5,820 nucleotides of DNA from NCBI GenBank assembly GCA_023136205.1, contig JAGLRQ010000123.1, positions 1 to 5,820 on the forward strand. Reading direction: 5' to 3'. The number at the start of each line of letters is the position of its first letter. Position 1 is the stretch's first letter. Below are positions 4,578 through 5,820 of this stretch, piece by piece. The notes beneath the pieces are model-generated. The model saw nothing but the letters and a program-made list of their open reading frames with translations. It ran no database searches and was not told the origin of the DNA. This stretch comes from Candidatus Auribacterota bacterium (GTDB lineage Bacteria > Auribacterota > UBA6266). A program made the position numbers and the translations under genes.

Positions 4578-5820
4578 ATGAAAAAGTTTGTTGTAAATCA
4601 AAAATTCCTGTTTGTAGTTTTGCTGATTTCCCTGGGACTTTTTTTGGGAAGCCAGTTGTTTCTTCAAACAAGTTTCCTGAGCGGGGATTACAGGGCGCAG
4701 CATGTTCCATGGGCGGTTTCACTTGACAGGGCTGTTAAAAGCGGAACGCTTCCTCTGTGGGATCCATATACTCACCTGGGTTTTCCCATGCTTGCGGAAG
4801 GCCAGATGGCAGCTTTATACCCTCCGACCTTATTGCTTTACCTGATTTTTCCGTTAAAAGCGGCTTATGCCTGGGGTAATGTTTTACATTATATCCTGGC
4901 AATTATGTGGATGTATGTGTTTCTCAGGAATGCGGGCCTTAAAGATTTCTCGTCAGCAATGGGATCTCTGATTTTTGCTTTTGGAAGCGTTAGCGGAGGA
5001 GGATACTATAATACAATTTCACTTAAAGTTCTTTGCTGGTTTCCATTGACTCTTTTTATTACAGATTGTTATTTCAGGAAGCGTAAGTTGCCATATATGC
5101 TTCTTTTGGGCGGGGTTTTTGCGTGGCAAGTGTTAGCAGGATATTTTCAGTATGCTCTTTATTCTATAATTTTCTCCGGGCTATATTTTTATTATTCTTC
5201 GATTATTGTAAGCACAAAAAGAAAGCAGGCAAAAAATGTAATTAAGTCTTTATCTGAGGATACAGTTGCTTTTGTTATTGCCGGTATAACCGCCCTTGTT
5301 ATCGCGTCACCTCAGATATATGAAACCTTGAAGCTGATATCATTTTGCCCGAGAAAAGGAATGGATTTGGGTTTTGCTCTTTCGGGTTCTTTTTGGCCCA
5401 CCGGTATAATAACGCTTTTCTTCCCCCATTTTGGAGGTATGCCTTATGTAAACGGCGCAATATTTGTGGGGATTGTACCTCTCTCAGCAGCCCTGTTTAT
5501 TAGAAAAAAAACATTTAATAAGCAGCTAACCTTTCTTTTTATTCTCTTTTTTGTTTCTCTTGTCTTTGCCCTTGGCAGGTTTAGTGTTCCGTATAAGTTT
5601 ATTTTAAATGCTGTGAATTTTTACGGGTTCAGAGTTCCGTCTAAATTTTTGTTCTTTTCAGGTTTTGCATTGAGCGGGATTTGTGCTTTTGGCATATCAG
5701 CTTTTTTGGATATACCTGCGGGTGATAAAAAAATATACAAAGCCTGTAATATATGGCTGACTATAACAATTTCCCTTATGGTTTTTGTGATTGCTGGGAA
5801 TATTATACTTTATTTTAAAG
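4578..5820 (+). CDS. YfhO-family / GT-C-fold polytopic membrane glycosyltransferase-like protein, 3'-truncated by window end (at least 414 aa)
   Basis: Translated by hand. ATG 4578 is immediately preceded by an in-frame TAA (4575-4577) and AGGGG (4570-4574). No stop occurs through 5819. The N-terminus MKKFVVNQKFLFVVLLISLGLFLG is a typical signal anchor. It is followed by SGDYRAQHVPWAVSLDRAVKSGTLPLWDPYTHLGFPMLAEGQMAALYPPTLLLY, which matches the remembered YfhO-family signature (lPlWnPy.f.G.P.la..q.a.fYP). Many further hydrophobic segments follow (e.g. HYILAIMWMYVFL, LLLGGVFAWQVLAGYFQYALYSIIFSGLYF, FLFILFFVSLVFALG). It is not in the supplied ORF track because it has no stop in the window. Confidence 0.8.
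   Translation, partial: MKKFVVNQKFLFVVLLISLGLFLGSQLFLQTSFLSGDYRAQHVPWAVSLDRAVKSGTLPLWDPYTHLGFPMLAEGQMAALYPPTLLLYLIFPLKAAYAWGNVLHYILAIMWMYVFLRNAGLKDFSSAMGSLIFAFGSVSGGGYYNTISLKVLCWFPLTLFITDCYFRKRKLPYMLLLGGVFAWQVLAGYFQYALYSIIFSGLYFYYSSIIVSTKRKQAKNVIKSLSEDTVAFVIAGITALVIASPQIYETLKLISFCPRKGMDLGFALSGSFWPTGIITLFFPHFGGMPYVNGAIFVGIVPLSAALFIRKKTFNKQLTFLFILFFVSLVFALGRFSVPYKFILNAVNFYGFRVPSKFLFFSGFALSGICAFGISAFLDIPAGDKKIYKACNIWLTITISLMVFVIAGNIILYFK

Noticed and set aside
4417-4726. Track ORFs 4417..4722 (-) 101 aa and 4523..4726 (+) 67 aa
   Set aside because: Both overlap the stem-loop spacer and the 5' end of the hand-translated YfhO-like gene in other frames. The YfhO-like frame has a proper signal-anchor N-terminus and stays open for 414 codons, so these two are spurious.
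1-5820. Mobile elements, CRISPR arrays, tRNA/rRNA genes, defence-system or toxin-antitoxin signatures
   Set aside because: I found no terminal inverted repeats flanking a transposase- or integrase-like ORF. There are no regularly spaced direct repeats of 24-40 bp and no cloverleaf-capable tRNA-like segments. No nuclease, ATPase or toxin-like motifs appear in any long ORF. Composition looks uniform across the window by eye, so there is no evidence of recent horizontal insertion.

Overview
AT-rich bacterial chromosomal window with five supportable coding regions and no rRNA, tRNA, CRISPR array or transposase. (1) 20..1099 (+): a 359-aa soluble protein of unknown function, whose motif layout looks like a divergent GT-B / family-9-like glycosyltransferase. 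(2) 1343..1459 (+): a candidate 38-aa extremely basic micro-ORF with its own promoter-like and Shine-Dalgarno signals, sitting in an unusually long 465-bp spacer between convergent genes. (3) 1565..2914 (-): a canonical MATE (MOP superfamily) transporter. (4) 3011..4402 (+): a cobalamin-binding-domain (class B) radical SAM enzyme with an intact CX3CX2C cluster motif. (5) 4578..>5820 (+): a polytopic membrane protein of the YfhO / GT-C type. It is absent from the supplied ORF track because it runs off the window with no stop. The most interesting content is the radical SAM / YfhO-like gene pair, which sits beside a MOP transporter and a GT-B-like protein and may be an uncharacterised envelope glycoconjugate or lipid tailoring module. 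Two non-coding regions also show non-random structure. Region 1129..1340 has TTGAC-type repeats, a perfect 16-bp palindrome over a -35 box, and the micro-ORF unit. Region 4403..4577 has stem-loops with interchangeable GGATTTT/AAAATCC arms. All family calls come from motif recognition by eye; no database search was possible.
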